A stretch of DNA of 57,933 bases, from positions 6,283 through 64,215 of the forward strand of contig MHGQ01000049.1 of assembly GCA_001805645.1 (NCBI GenBank), written 5' to 3'. A model generated the notes under the pieces. The model had not been told where the DNA came from, did not search any database, and saw only the letters and a program-made list of their open reading frames with translations. A program made the position numbers and the translations under genes. Of the stretch, positions 1 through 9,681 are shown piece by piece; position 1 is the stretch's first letter; each line of letters opens with the position of its first letter. Source of the stretch: Omnitrophica WOR_2 bacterium RIFCSPHIGHO2_02_FULL_50_17. GTDB taxonomy: Bacteria; Omnitrophota; Gorgyraeia; Zapsychrales; Zapsychraceae.

Positions 1-871
1 GGACAATCTGTTCTTCGTCCGCCGCAAGCGGCTCACGGGGGCCGGCAATAACAAGGACGTCGCAGTCCTCCGGAATCCGTCCGTCCGCCGCCAAAAACAC
101 GCTGCTGCTTTCCATATTGTTTTTGGCCAATAACTGCGTCAGAGTCTTTAACCCCTTATCTTCCTTACTTGTTATGTTATATTCCCCATGCCCCGCCAGG
201 AAATAAACGCGCCGTGTTTCCCTCGTCACGCGCATAAGGGCGTTGGTCACCTGCTCTTCCGTTAAGGGGGCGTCGGTAAAATCCACGTCTTTCCTGCCGC
301 CGGAGGCCTGGACGATAACCTTCTTTTCCTTGCCGCTTATGACATTTCCGAACTGGGCCGCATAGCCGATCTCAACGAGGGGGTCGACAATGGAGGTCTT
401 GATTTTCCCGCCGGAGAGGCGCTCATACTCCTTAAATAAATCTTCCAAATATTTAGGCGGCAGGCCGACATAAAAGGCGGTGAATTCGACATTGTTTTTT
501 AACGACTTTAAAAAACGGGCCGTCGCCCCGCTAAGGGTATGCTGCCTGGCCTTTGTCAGATCCCAGCGCCTGTCATAGCGAAAAGCCAGGTAATTGACCG
601 CCACCGTAACGCCCCCTAAACCGGCGAGCGCCGACAACAACACGGCGTATCGCAAAAAACGCGGCGTCTTGACCGCGGCTTCTTTATGGCTCCTTAAAGC
701 CCAAAACGCTGTCAGGATACAGATAAGCCCGGCAAGAGAGACCAACGCCTCGGTGTTGCCGACATGAACCCTGATGTAAGAAAGGCTTAACCCATACAAG
801 AGGTCAAGGATGCCGACGGCAAAAAGCCAAGGGGCATTTCTATATTTTGCGGATGACCTTGTTATCTCCAT
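1..871 (-). CDS. GldG-like ABC transporter auxiliary component (3' end runs off window)
   Basis: Not in the ORF track; translated by hand. ATG at 871 overlaps the permease end and the frame is open to position 1: MEITRSS... TM segments ...VNYLAFRYDRRWDLTK...EEQVTNALMRV...VYFLAGHGEY...DCDVLVIAGP, typical GldG motifs. Confidence 0.85.
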   Translation of the reverse strand, partial: MEITRSSAKYRNAPWLFAVGILDLLYGLSLSYIRVHVGNTEALVSLAGLICILTAFWALRSHKEAAVKTPRFLRYAVLLSALAGLGGVTVAVNYLAFRYDRRWDLTKARQHTLSGATARFLKSLKNNVEFTAFYVGLPPKYLEDLFKEYERLSGGKIKTSIVDPLVEIGYAAQFGNVISGKEKKVIVQASGGRKDVDFTDAPLTEEQVTNALMRVTRETRRVYFLAGHGEYNITSKEDKGLKTLTQLLAKNNMESSSVFLAADGRIPEDCDVLVIAGPREPLAADEEQIV

Positions 872-1572
872 AAACGATTATCTATACCTGCCCTTGTCAG
901 GATAAGGCAAAAGAGGATGCCGCTTACATAATAAACAAAATCGGATATCGTGATGAGGCCGACGCTAAAGTTGGCCGCATGGTTGCTTGTGGAGACATAA
1001 TGAATAACGGGCTGTAAGGGTCCGCCGACATACTTGATGAAGCTCGCCGAGAAATACAGCATAAACAAGATGAGATAGGAACTGAGGGCCGCCACCACCT
1101 GGCTGCGCGTCCAAGAGGAGGCGAGGATGCCGACGGCAACGAATAATGCCCCCTCCAGCCATACACCTAGAAATCCCGTCAAGGCGGCCACGCGGTCCGG
1201 CCGGCCGAAGCACTCGATGAGGGCATAATAAACGCCCGTCATCAAAAGAATGAGGCTGAAAAAAATCAGGCTCCCCAGATATTTTCCCAGCACAATGGCC
1301 GTCGGGGATGTGGGGGTCGTCATCAGAAATTCCATGGTGCCGCCCGATTTCTCCTCGGCAAAAATACGCATGGTAAGAAGCGGCACCAGAAAGACGAACA
1401 TAAACTCCATCACCAAGAAGACATCCCGCAAGGTCGCCTCCCTGTTTTCTTCGATAATCATATAAAAAAAGATATGAAATATCGAAAGGGTCACAATCAG
1501 GATGATATAGGCGACCGGCGACTTGAAATAACCGGTCAATTCTTTTTGGGCGAGGGTGAGAATCTTATTCAT
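862..1572 (-). CDS. ABC-2 type permease, GldF-like
   Basis: Multi-TM protein; KELTGYFKSPVAY start, FAEEKSGGTMEFLMTTP and LGKYLG motifs. Confidence 0.9.
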   Translation of the reverse strand: MNKILTLAQKELTGYFKSPVAYIILIVTLSIFHIFFYMIIEENREATLRDVFLVMEFMFVFLVPLLTMRIFAEEKSGGTMEFLMTTPTSPTAIVLGKYLGSLIFFSLILLMTGVYYALIECFGRPDRVAALTGFLGVWLEGALFVAVGILASSWTRSQVVAALSSYLILFMLYFSASFIKYVGGPLQPVIHYVSTSNHAANFSVGLITISDFVYYVSGILFCLILTRAGIDNRLWR

Positions 1573-2509
1573 CGGCTCGCTCGGGCTGCGGAGGATTCAA
1601 TCTTAAGAAAACATCCTCCAGGCTCAATGGATGCTCCTTGACCTCCAGGACTTGAATGCCTGCGGCCAAGAGAGGAGAAATGAGGTCGTTGGGCGTTACT
1701 CCCTCCCCCATTTCCATCTCCAGGACATGGGTCTCCCCGTCGCAGGAGATAGGCGCCTGTCCTGAAAAACTCAAGCTTGTCATCATTCGCGCAACCCTAT
1801 CCCTTTCGCCTTTAAACCGCACACGGATTTTAGGAGGCGCCCCCCCTTGCGCCAAAAGCCCTTTCAGCGATTCATCTTTGATGATCTCTCCCCGGTTGAT
1901 AATTAAGACTCGCTGCGCGAGATGCTCGATCTCGGAGAGGATATGGGTGCTGACAAGAACCGTGCGTTTGGATTCGATATCCTTGATGAGACGGCGCACC
2001 TGCTGAATCTGGACGGGGTCTAAGCCGCTGGTGGGTTCATCCAGGATCAAAAGCTCCGGCTCATTGATGATGGCCTGGGCAATGCCGATTCTTTGTTTAT
2101 ATCCTTTGGAGAGATGGGCAATGGGCTTGTTCTGAACATACAAAAGACGGCAGTCGTCTAAAACGCGGTCAATGCGCGAGCGCATGTGCTTTACAGGGAC
2201 ATCCTTGAGCTGAGCGGCAAATTTTAGATACTCCCGGACCGTCATATTCGGATAAAGCGGCGGCGTCTCCGGGAGATAACCGATATATCTTCGGATAGCC
2301 AATGAATTTTTATCAACATCCTTCCCGCCGACAAACACCCTGCCGGAGGTAGCCGGAAGATACGAGGTCAGAATCCGCATTAACGTCGTCTTGCCGGCGG
2401 CATTTTTGCCCAGAAAGCCGACGATCTCTCCTCTGCCGATCTCAAAGCTGATATCTTTCAGGGCCGGAATCCTGCCGAAATATTTAAAGACGTTCTGAAC
2501 GGTAATCAT
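1565..2509 (-). CDS. ABC transporter ATP-binding protein, GldA-like
   Basis: Walker A GKNAAGKTT, signature LSKGYKQR, Walker B LLILDEPT, STH switch. Confidence 0.95.
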   Translation of the reverse strand: MITVQNVFKYFGRIPALKDISFEIGRGEIVGFLGKNAAGKTTLMRILTSYLPATSGRVFVGGKDVDKNSLAIRRYIGYLPETPPLYPNMTVREYLKFAAQLKDVPVKHMRSRIDRVLDDCRLLYVQNKPIAHLSKGYKQRIGIAQAIINEPELLILDEPTSGLDPVQIQQVRRLIKDIESKRTVLVSTHILSEIEHLAQRVLIINRGEIIKDESLKGLLAQGGAPPKIRVRFKGERDRVARMMTSLSFSGQAPISCDGETHVLEMEMGEGVTPNDLISPLLAAGIQVLEVKEHPLSLEDVFLRLNPPQPERADE

Positions 2510-3066
2510 AGGGGGAAAACTTCTCTTTTAAGGCATGACCGGATATGGTAGGCCACGATACCAAAGGCAACCGCCACGTTCAGGGAATTTTTTATCCCTG
2601 CCATCTCAATATCAATGGTGGCATCGCCGCAAGGGACAACGGGGGTGGAAATGCCTTCGATTTCATTGCCGATGACAAGGCAGACAGGAAACTGAGGTTT
2701 GAATTCATCATAAGGGATGCTCTCTGTCGTCTGCTCCAAGAGGACAATCTGATAGTGCCTCTCTTTCAAGTCCTTTATGACCGAAAGGATATCCTTATGG
2801 TATTCCCAGGGGACGCGGCGCTCGGCGCCCAAGGCTGTCTTGGCAATCTGGGCATGGGGCGGATAACCGGTTATCCCGCACAGCCACAATTTCTCCACGC
2901 CTGCCCCGTCGCAGGTGCGGAAGACCGCCCCGACGTTATGAAGACTGCGGATATTGTTTAAGATGACACATAAAGGCAGCCGCACCTCTTGAATCTTTTC
3001 TTTCTGCCGCCCGACGATCTCTGTGGGCGTTAATTTACGCACCGCGGACAACTTTGTCTGTATCAT
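2506..3066 (-). CDS. SpoU/TrmH family RNA methyltransferase
   Basis: NIRSLHNVGAVFRT, GNEIEG and SLNVAVA SPOUT motifs. Confidence 0.9.
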   Translation of the reverse strand: MIQTKLSAVRKLTPTEIVGRQKEKIQEVRLPLCVILNNIRSLHNVGAVFRTCDGAGVEKLWLCGITGYPPHAQIAKTALGAERRVPWEYHKDILSVIKDLKERHYQIVLLEQTTESIPYDEFKPQFPVCLVIGNEIEGISTPVVPCGDATIDIEMAGIKNSLNVAVAFGIVAYHIRSCLKREVFPL

Positions 3067-3109
3067 CGCTTCCCCAAATTTTCGATAATAGGGGTATACC
3101 CCTAAAATA

Positions 3110-3550
3110 TTATTTTACTCCCTCTTTGCCCAAATGCAGTTCCAAATCACGCGTGCCGTCATTTAAGAGCACCTTGTCCGGTTTTATGTCCAAAACCGTG
3201 CAGGGGCCGATCCTGCCTCCTATTTCAACAATCTCTCCGTCGATAATCGCGCTGGGCCTGACCGTATCCCACAAAATACCGTTGAGGATAAGCCGCTGAG
3301 GTCCGCCGGAAGAAGAACTGACAAAAGGATTCCTTCCCCAGTCTTCAAATGTACTCTTTTTCTTCGGGGGCACAGGAGTTGTGGGAATAGACCCGCTTAT
3401 TTCCACTGCGCCAGGAAGGATATTCTGAGAATCCGAACCCTGGCTGGGACGCGGCCCGGATCCCAGTACCCGAAACGCACGCACCCACACCAAAATCCCA
3501 AGGACGACAAGGACAGGCAATATAATCTTTAGCGTTTTTTCCCTGTTCAT
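3110..3550 (-). CDS. PilP/GspB-like type IV filament assembly protein
   Basis: N-terminal TM, Pro-rich linker, RNPF motif, LNGILW...AIIDG beta domain; follows pilO-like gene. Confidence 0.65.
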   Translation of the reverse strand: MNREKTLKIILPVLVVLGILVWVRAFRVLGSGPRPSQGSDSQNILPGAVEISGSIPTTPVPPKKKSTFEDWGRNPFVSSSSGGPQRLILNGILWDTVRPSAIIDGEIVEIGGRIGPCTVLDIKPDKVLLNDGTRDLELHLGKEGVK

Positions 3551-3552
3551 GG

Positions 3553-4083
3553 CTATGGCCTTAAATACACATCCAGCGTCAAATTCGATCGGACGCGGGG
3601 AAGAATGGACTCCTCCCGTCGTATCGCAAACTTTTTGACCGCGACGATGCCTTCCGTCGAGTCTTCCAGGACCCCCAGAAACAGCCCCAAATCTTTGTAT
3701 TGCGACTCAATTTCCATGCCAATGGGCAGGCGTTGATACGCCGGATTATCTGTCTTTTCAATTTCCAGCGGCGTGATAGACAAAAAGTTGATGTTGAAGG
3801 CCTTCCCCTGTTTTGTGATTTCATCCATAACCGAAGAGACCTCTTCACGCGCCAGCAAACGCCCTTTCAGAGAAATGCCCCTGCCCTTCTCCAGGGTGCG
3901 ATGCACCGTGTCTAATTCCTGCTCAAGGACGCGCAGTCTCTCGCCGGCCAGACGGACCTTGCCGGCCAGCGGCCATATGAAAATTATAGCAACAAGGATA
4001 ACAACCGCCCCTGCCGCCGACATTATTATAAGTTTACTGTTCCATTTCATGGCTGTCCCCGCCAGGATCATTCGGCCTCGCAA
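3553..4083 (-). CDS. pilO: PilO-like alignment subcomplex protein
   Basis: TM + coiled coil + ferredoxin-like part (LPIGMEIESQYKDLGLFL); downstream of PilMN. Confidence 0.75.
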   Translation of the reverse strand: MRGRMILAGTAMKWNSKLIIMSAAGAVVILVAIIFIWPLAGKVRLAGERLRVLEQELDTVHRTLEKGRGISLKGRLLAREEVSSVMDEITKQGKAFNINFLSITPLEIEKTDNPAYQRLPIGMEIESQYKDLGLFLGVLEDSTEGIVAVKKFAIRREESILPRVRSNLTLDVYLRP

Positions 4084-5765
4084 AGAATTTCAAACTCCGA
4101 GGACTCCGTCTCCTTTTCCTTCTTCTTGGATGTCACCAATTTGACATTCTTGAACAGACCTCTCTCGAGAGTCAGCATAAACTGAGAAAGGATAACCTCC
4201 GCATCCCCCCCGCCTCTGATGACCCCTTTCAGAGACAGCTTATCATCCTCTGCATTCAACTCAACCAGATACATGCGGTCCGCAACAACATGGCTCAGCT
4301 CTTTTAAAACCTCCTGCCAATGGGGACTTTTCTGCCTTGCCTCGGCCATGAGGATTTTCATTTGGTATTCGCTGAACTGCGAAAGGAGACTCTGATATTC
4401 CCGCCCGGCGGCCTCCAGTTTCTTCTCGGACACGCCCCATTGGATACGCATCCCCGCATAAAAGAGGAACGTGATAACAACGAGCGCCGTCGCGACGGCT
4501 TCCAGGGAGACCTTCTCGATGAATCGTTTGGTTTCTTGCTTCAATTCCAGAGGCAGGAGATTGATATTTTCCTCATCCGTAAAATTCGCCGATTCTGCCC
4601 CATGCATCGCCGCACCGACGGCCAAATTGAATAAATGGGATCCCCGGCCATCGCTGACACCTGCCGCCGCAAGTATCTTGGCTGTCCCGAAGGCGTCGCC
4701 GACGGATACTTCAACCCCCAGCTCGCTCTTTAAAAACGCCGCCAATCCCTTCAAAGCGGCGCCGCCGCCGAATAAAAGAATCTTATCCACCTTGCCCCCG
4801 ATGGATTCTTCCCGATAAAAATCCAAAGAGCCCTCAATATCGCCGACCAATTGCTCAACTTCAGGCCGGATAAGGGAAAGGACCTGATTCATCGAAATCT
4901 TTCCGTCAATCCTCTCTTCGGATTCAACCTCAGGGAGACCGCATGTCTTTTTCACCCGCTCTGCCTCTTCCAAACTGAGATCCACTTTCCCCTGCTCCGA
5001 GAGCAGGGTGCTCCTTAGGGCCTCGGTGATATTCCTGGAGGCCACGGACAGCTTACGGGAAAAGACAAGGCGCGCCTGTCTGTAGATATTCAGCTCTGTC
5101 ATGGCCGCCCCCATCTCAACGACGGCAACGGTCTCTTCCCCGTGCCTGCCGGCAGGCACGGCGTACTGTTTTGATCCCGCTAACAGGCTCCGCATGGCCT
5201 CGGAGACAGGAATAAGAGAGGCCGCCTTAAGACCGCACTGCGAAAAGACGGATAATAGATTCTCAACAGTCTCCTTCGGAGAGGCAGCAAGCATAATGCG
5301 CAGCTTTTTACCCCCTTTGTCCGCAACCTCACCGGTGACGGCAAAGTCCAAAACCGCCTCCTCTAAAGGGAAAGGAATGGAATTTTTGGCCTCCCAGTGC
5401 ACGGCCTCTGCCAATTCCTGCCTAGGAATAAGCGGCGTTATCAAATTTCTCGTGCATGTCTTGGGGCAGCTCACGACAGAAACGATCTTCGCCTTCTGAG
5501 TATCCATGCCACACAAGGCTTCTTTCAATGTGCGGACAACAGCCGGCGGCCTATCCTTCTCCTCAACGGAAGGAATTTCAGCGTAAGTGATTTTATGCAA
5601 AGACCATCCTCCTAAGGTCTCGACGATCTGAGCCGCTTTAACCGAACTCGCGCCGATATCGATGCCGATAATAGAAGACGGCCGGCCTAACTTGGCGAGA
5701 TAAGATTTGCACCTAACGAACACTTCTCGGTTTATCTTTAACATCTGTGTTACCTTAACTTTCAC
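4068..5765 (-). CDS. pilM: PilM-PilN fusion protein
   Basis: Actin-like GIDIGASSVK and LFGGGAALKGL motifs, then INLLP, a TM helix and a PilN-like periplasmic domain in one ORF. Confidence 0.88.
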   Translation of the reverse strand: MKVKVTQMLKINREVFVRCKSYLAKLGRPSSIIGIDIGASSVKAAQIVETLGGWSLHKITYAEIPSVEEKDRPPAVVRTLKEALCGMDTQKAKIVSVVSCPKTCTRNLITPLIPRQELAEAVHWEAKNSIPFPLEEAVLDFAVTGEVADKGGKKLRIMLAASPKETVENLLSVFSQCGLKAASLIPVSEAMRSLLAGSKQYAVPAGRHGEETVAVVEMGAAMTELNIYRQARLVFSRKLSVASRNITEALRSTLLSEQGKVDLSLEEAERVKKTCGLPEVESEERIDGKISMNQVLSLIRPEVEQLVGDIEGSLDFYREESIGGKVDKILLFGGGAALKGLAAFLKSELGVEVSVGDAFGTAKILAAAGVSDGRGSHLFNLAVGAAMHGAESANFTDEENINLLPLELKQETKRFIEKVSLEAVATALVVITFLFYAGMRIQWGVSEKKLEAAGREYQSLLSQFSEYQMKILMAEARQKSPHWQEVLKELSHVVADRMYLVELNAEDDKLSLKGVIRGGGDAEVILSQFMLTLERGLFKNVKLVTSKKKEKETESSEFEILCEAE

Positions 5766-6626
5766 CTACCAGCTTGTCACAAATTTTCCCTGACCGAGAA
5801 TGATACTTTGAATCTCATTGCTGTTATAAGTTTCGTATTCGGATATAGACGGATCTGTTCTGGTGCTTGCCGTGATGTATATCCGCTGATAACGCACCGT
5901 CACAGCATCAAAATCAACGGTTGTTACGCTTCCGTTAATCGTCTCAACCGGGTTTGAAACCGCGCTCCAACTTGTGCCGTTGCTGGAAGACTGTATCTGG
6001 TATGTCGTAATTTTATTTCCCGGGGGCTCGTCGAACGCCACCCTGTCAAATGTCTGAGCGCTCCCTAAATCCATCGCCAGCCACTCGGGACTTCCGGCGG
6101 AAGGAACGCCATTGGCACGCCATTTTGTGCTGGTTTGGCCGTCATTGGCTTTATCAGGAGTATCAACCCCCTTGTAAGAAGAGGCTGATGCCGTTGCCGT
6201 CAGGGAAAGATTGGTCAACCCTGAGGTTGTAGTAGAGATATTTCTCTCCTCCACCCTTCTCTTAGCAACCGGATTGGTATCATTGGGGACATATCCCTCA
6301 GAGACAATGGTATATGTGCTATCGCCGTTATCCGCGGTCGTTACCGTATAGGTGCCTGCGCCGAAGGAGATATCCGATTCCCCCCACCCCACACTCTGTC
6401 CGTCCGTCGTCAATGCCCACCGCGCCTTGGCCAGACCCGCCTCAGCGACATAGTAAGCCTTCGCATCTATAAGCTCGGCGCCGGCATTTTTTATATCATC
6501 ACTCACCATAACCACAAACGCCAGGGCAATGATCGTTAACCCCACCAGGACAGCGAAGGCGGCGATGAGGGCTGCCCCCTTTTCCTCTCCCCTCAAATCT
6601 AAACTGGGCTTGCGATGTCCATTCAT
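5766..6626 (-). CDS. PilX-like minor pilin with C-terminal F5/8 type C (discoidin) domain
   Basis: G|AALI prepilin site lacking Glu5; KAYYVAEAGL PilX motif; ASASS...ANDGQTSTKW...EWLAMDLG...RYQRIYIT...ISEYE discoidin pattern. Confidence 0.8.
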   Translation of the reverse strand: MNGHRKPSLDLRGEEKGAALIAAFAVLVGLTIIALAFVVMVSDDIKNAGAELIDAKAYYVAEAGLAKARWALTTDGQSVGWGESDISFGAGTYTVTTADNGDSTYTIVSEGYVPNDTNPVAKRRVEERNISTTTSGLTNLSLTATASASSYKGVDTPDKANDGQTSTKWRANGVPSAGSPEWLAMDLGSAQTFDRVAFDEPPGNKITTYQIQSSSNGTSWSAVSNPVETINGSVTTVDFDAVTVRYQRIYITASTRTDPSISEYETYNSNEIQSIILGQGKFVTSW

Positions 6627-7135
6627 TGGTTTCTTGCATAAGCGCTGGACGCCAGGGTCAATGTCTCATCGTCTTTGTCCATTGTCAAACTAACCGTAAT
6701 AACCCGTATCCCATCACGTTTGGTCTGGGTGCTTGTACCGCCGGGCGGATTCAAGAGGGTATTGTTCACATCCAGGTAAGAAAGCCCAAAGGTCTGGACA
6801 TTCGAGGCCAGGATGGTTGTAACCGCCCCTTCCATCCTTATCAGATTACTGCCGCTGGTATCGAGTGACACCGTCTCATCGGTCCCATTGCCGTCCAAGT
6901 CCGCCAAAAAAGTGATCTGATTATCCTTGGCATCCGTGATGCTGTTGGTCTGGCCCAGCTCGCGGATCATCCGTGCCATCGCTGAGCCCGCCTCCTGCCG
7001 GATCTGGGTCCGGTCCAAGGCCGTGCCCCATGTTTTGATTGCGACGGCAGAAATCCATAAGACAGAGACGGCCAGAATCGAAAACAAGACGATGACAATA
7101 AGAACTTCGGTTAAGGTAAATCCTTTATTCATCAA
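6623..7135 (-). CDS. PilW/GspJ-like minor pilin
   Basis: KG|FTLTEVLIV class III signal. Confidence 0.85.
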   Translation of the reverse strand: MMNKGFTLTEVLIVIVLFSILAVSVLWISAVAIKTWGTALDRTQIRQEAGSAMARMIRELGQTNSITDAKDNQITFLADLDGNGTDETVSLDTSGSNLIRMEGAVTTILASNVQTFGLSYLDVNNTLLNPPGGTSTQTKRDGIRVITVSLTMDKDDETLTLASSAYARNQ

Positions 7136-7518
7136 TTTTTGGATATATAGGTGACAAGAGGGACACTCACCTCATTGGCCTTGAATGTCCAGTAGGTCGT
7201 CACCGTCACCTGCTTTAAATCCGTCTGCGCGGTGGCAACACTGACCTCTCTCTGAAAGCCGGCAAAACCCGATACGCTTGCTTTAGCCTCATTGACAATC
7301 CCGGTGTCAAAATCAAGATTTTTGATTTCCTCCAGCCTCCGTTGGGAAAGATTCACGGCAATGACGGTATTTTCCGCATCAACGCTCGTAGCGAGGGCGG
7401 TGCTGAAAAGTCCAAGAACAGCCATAACACCCACTGTGAAAACGATAAGGGTCAAGAGGATTTCCAGTAACGTGAAACCGAAGGTTCTGCGAAGCAAGCC
7501 GCACCTTTCCGATCGCAT
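7132..7518 (-). CDS. PilV/GspI-like minor pilin
   Basis: FG|FTLLEILLTL class III signal; LSQRRLEEIK helix. Confidence 0.85.
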   Translation of the reverse strand: MRSERCGLLRRTFGFTLLEILLTLIVFTVGVMAVLGLFSTALATSVDAENTVIAVNLSQRRLEEIKNLDFDTGIVNEAKASVSGFAGFQREVSVATAQTDLKQVTVTTYWTFKANEVSVPLVTYISKN

Positions 7519-7973
7519 CAGGGCTGGGCATCCCGTCCGGCGTTGGAGACATAGATACAGCTCGAACCGTTTGTTTCTACAACAGCATCGCTGGTGATGG
7601 TCGCACTGCCGTTGCCGCTGGATCCCACCGAATAAATGACATAAAACTTGCTGTTGGTTCCGCCCAGGACATACCCGTAATCGGCGCCGGTGGAGCTAAA
7701 GGGGTCTGTGGGAACGTAATCAATGATATTGGGAACAGCGGAGGCCAAAGCGGTCTGGAGGGCTGAGGAGCCTGTGGCCGGATAGGCATTATTATTATGG
7801 ATGTAATAACTCTCGACGGCCGCCTGCAAGGTTCTTAACTCCGCCTTGGCCTTGGCGATGTTGCCTTCGTCCTGCATCCCTTTAAAGCGCGGGAGGGCCA
7901 GTCCCACCAAAATGGAGATAACCGCAATGACAATCAATAATTCAATGATTGTAAAACCTTTTTTTCCCGTCAT
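7518..7973 (-). CDS. Major type IV (pseudo)pilin
   Basis: KG|FTIIELLIVIAVI; AKAELRTLQAAVESY; DPF and YSVG G-like motifs; directly after the platform gene. Confidence 0.88.
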   Translation of the reverse strand: MTGKKGFTIIELLIVIAVISILVGLALPRFKGMQDEGNIAKAKAELRTLQAAVESYYIHNNNAYPATGSSALQTALASAVPNIIDYVPTDPFSSTGADYGYVLGGTNSKFYVIYSVGSSGNGSATITSDAVVETNGSSCIYVSNAGRDAQP

Positions 7974-7995
7974 CTCCCCCGTCCTTTCCTCTAAT

Positions 7996-9213
7996 TTATG
8001 GCGACCTCAAGGTCTTAATCATATCAAACATCGGCAAAAGCATCGAGGCCATGATAAACCCCACGACAGCCCCCAGAATAACCAGCAGGATCGGCTCGAT
8101 AAGCGTCGTCAATTTGCGCACCGAGAATTTTATGGAAGTATCATACAGATCGGCCACCTTATTCAACATATAACCCAATCTCCCCGTTTCCTCTCCGACA
8201 GCAATCATCTGGACGGCATCCGGAGGGAATTCTTCGCTGACTTTGAGGGGTTCGGCAATTCTGTCGCCACGCTCAACGCCCTCGCGCACATTCCGGACGG
8301 CCTGGCCGATAATCTCGTTATTCACCACATCGCGGACAATGTCCAGAGACTGTAAGATAGGAACGCCGCTTTCGACAAGGGTCGCCAGGGTACGGCTGAA
8401 ACGGGAAATGATCACCTTGCGCACCAAAGGCCCGACCACCGGCACGTCTAGCTGCAGACGATCAAACCACAACCGTCCCATTTTTGTCTGAACATATTTA
8501 CGCATGCCAAAGATACCTAAGCCGAGTCCCAGCACAACAAGATACCATGCCTTTTTTAACCCCACGCCGAATTCATAGACAATAATGGTCGGCACGGGCA
8601 GAGACACGTTGCTCTCTTTGAAAATCTCCACGAACTGCGGGATGACAAATGTTACGATTAATATTATAACAAGAAGTCCCGCGGAAAGTAATATCATCGG
8701 ATAAAAAAAAGCACCCTGGATTTTCTGCCTTAGCTCCTCCTGTTGCTCGACATAAACCGCCAGGCGGCTTAACACCAAATTCAGTTTACCGCTTGTCTCG
8801 CCGGCCTTAACCGTATGGATAAAAACCTTAGGAAAAACACGCGCATGTTTCGCCAGGGCATCGGAGAAAGAGGACCCGGCCTCGACCGATCGGCCGACAT
8901 CCTCAATAATCCTTTTCAGCTTTTTGTTCTCGGTCTGCTGGGAGATTGTCCGCAGACTGCTGATAATCGTCAGACCCGACTCAATCATGTTTGCAAGCTG
9001 GATATTAAAAAAAATAATATCTTCAGACCGTATCCTCCTTAAGCGGCTGCCGATACCCTCCAGATTAATTCCCGGGATAGCCTCCCGAATCTGAATGGGC
9101 ATATAACCCATCTTCCGCAGTTTATCGGCCACCTCGGCCGGCGAGAGGGCGTCCAAAGTCCCCTGGACAAGCTTGCCGTTTTCGTCCCTTGCTTTGTAGA
9201 GATATGTGGACAT
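7996..9213 (-). CDS. pilC: Type IV pilus inner-membrane platform protein PilC/GspF
   Basis: MSTYLYKARDENG start at 9213 (the ORF track extension to 9297 is translated repeat); GETSGKL and GEETGRL F-domain motifs. Confidence 0.95.
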   Translation of the reverse strand: MSTYLYKARDENGKLVQGTLDALSPAEVADKLRKMGYMPIQIREAIPGINLEGIGSRLRRIRSEDIIFFNIQLANMIESGLTIISSLRTISQQTENKKLKRIIEDVGRSVEAGSSFSDALAKHARVFPKVFIHTVKAGETSGKLNLVLSRLAVYVEQQEELRQKIQGAFFYPMILLSAGLLVIILIVTFVIPQFVEIFKESNVSLPVPTIIVYEFGVGLKKAWYLVVLGLGLGIFGMRKYVQTKMGRLWFDRLQLDVPVVGPLVRKVIISRFSRTLATLVESGVPILQSLDIVRDVVNNEIIGQAVRNVREGVERGDRIAEPLKVSEEFPPDAVQMIAVGEETGRLGYMLNKVADLYDTSIKFSVRKLTTLIEPILLVILGAVVGFIMASMLLPMFDMIKTLRSP

Positions 9214-9297
9214 AGAAACTAAAGAACTAAGAAACTCAGAAACTAAAGAACTAAGAAACTCAGAAACCGAAAAATGAAAAACCAGAGAACTCAACAA
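9212..9297. repeat. Downstream arm of 8-nt periodic repeats (AGAAACTA/AAGAACTA/AGAAACTC)
   Basis: Perfect 24-nt tandem AGAAACTAAAGAACTAAGAAACTC at 9214-9237 and 9238-9261, then degenerate units. Confidence 0.95.
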
Positions 9298-9681
9298 CTA
9301 TCCTTCAGCCATTTCTTTCTTCCTCACACTGGAACAAAAGGCCTTCAATTGTCGGACTAAATTATCCGCTCTTTTCAGATATCCCTCATGCTTTCCTTCA
9401 TCAATATAGTGATCATCTAACGCACAATCCAGACACGCCACAACTTCATTGACGGAAGTTAAAGAATTATTCAAAAAGCGACTGAAATCCTTGTCTGAAT
9501 ATCGGTCAGAACCTTCGGCAATATTGAGGAGCACAGAATCAAGGGCCCTCCACAATTGCGAACTCAGCGCATATTGTTCTTCTTTGGGAAATATCTTTTT
9601 GGTCAACGTCTTTAAATCCTTACGAAACTCCCTTGCATCTTTATAAACCGGAAATTCCCGAAATCGAAAAATATTGCTCAT
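9298..9681 (-). CDS. Four helix bundle protein (23S rRNA IVP/Avd-like fold)
   Basis: 127 aa; FREFPVYKDA, FPKEEQYALSSQLWRALDSVLLNIAEG, FSRFLNNSLTSVNEV family motifs. Confidence 0.93.
   Translation of the reverse strand: MSNIFRFREFPVYKDAREFRKDLKTLTKKIFPKEEQYALSSQLWRALDSVLLNIAEGSDRYSDKDFSRFLNNSLTSVNEVVACLDCALDDHYIDEGKHEGYLKRADNLVRQLKAFCSSVRKKEMAEG

Noticed and set aside
6090-6103. Short palindrome CTTCCGGCGGAAG in pilX
   Set aside because: Too short to distinguish from chance in GC-rich coding DNA.
9214-9261. 24-nt tandem repeat as a CRISPR array
   Set aside because: The copies are adjacent with no spacers and there are no cas genes.
9214-9297. N-terminal extension of PilC (SEFLSSLV repeats)
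   Set aside because: It is translation of the DNA repeat arm; the family-typical start is MSTYLYK at 9213.
9298-9681. Diversity-generating retroelement or 23S rRNA intervening sequence
   Set aside because: There is no reverse transcriptase, no TR/VR pair and no rRNA sequence in the window.
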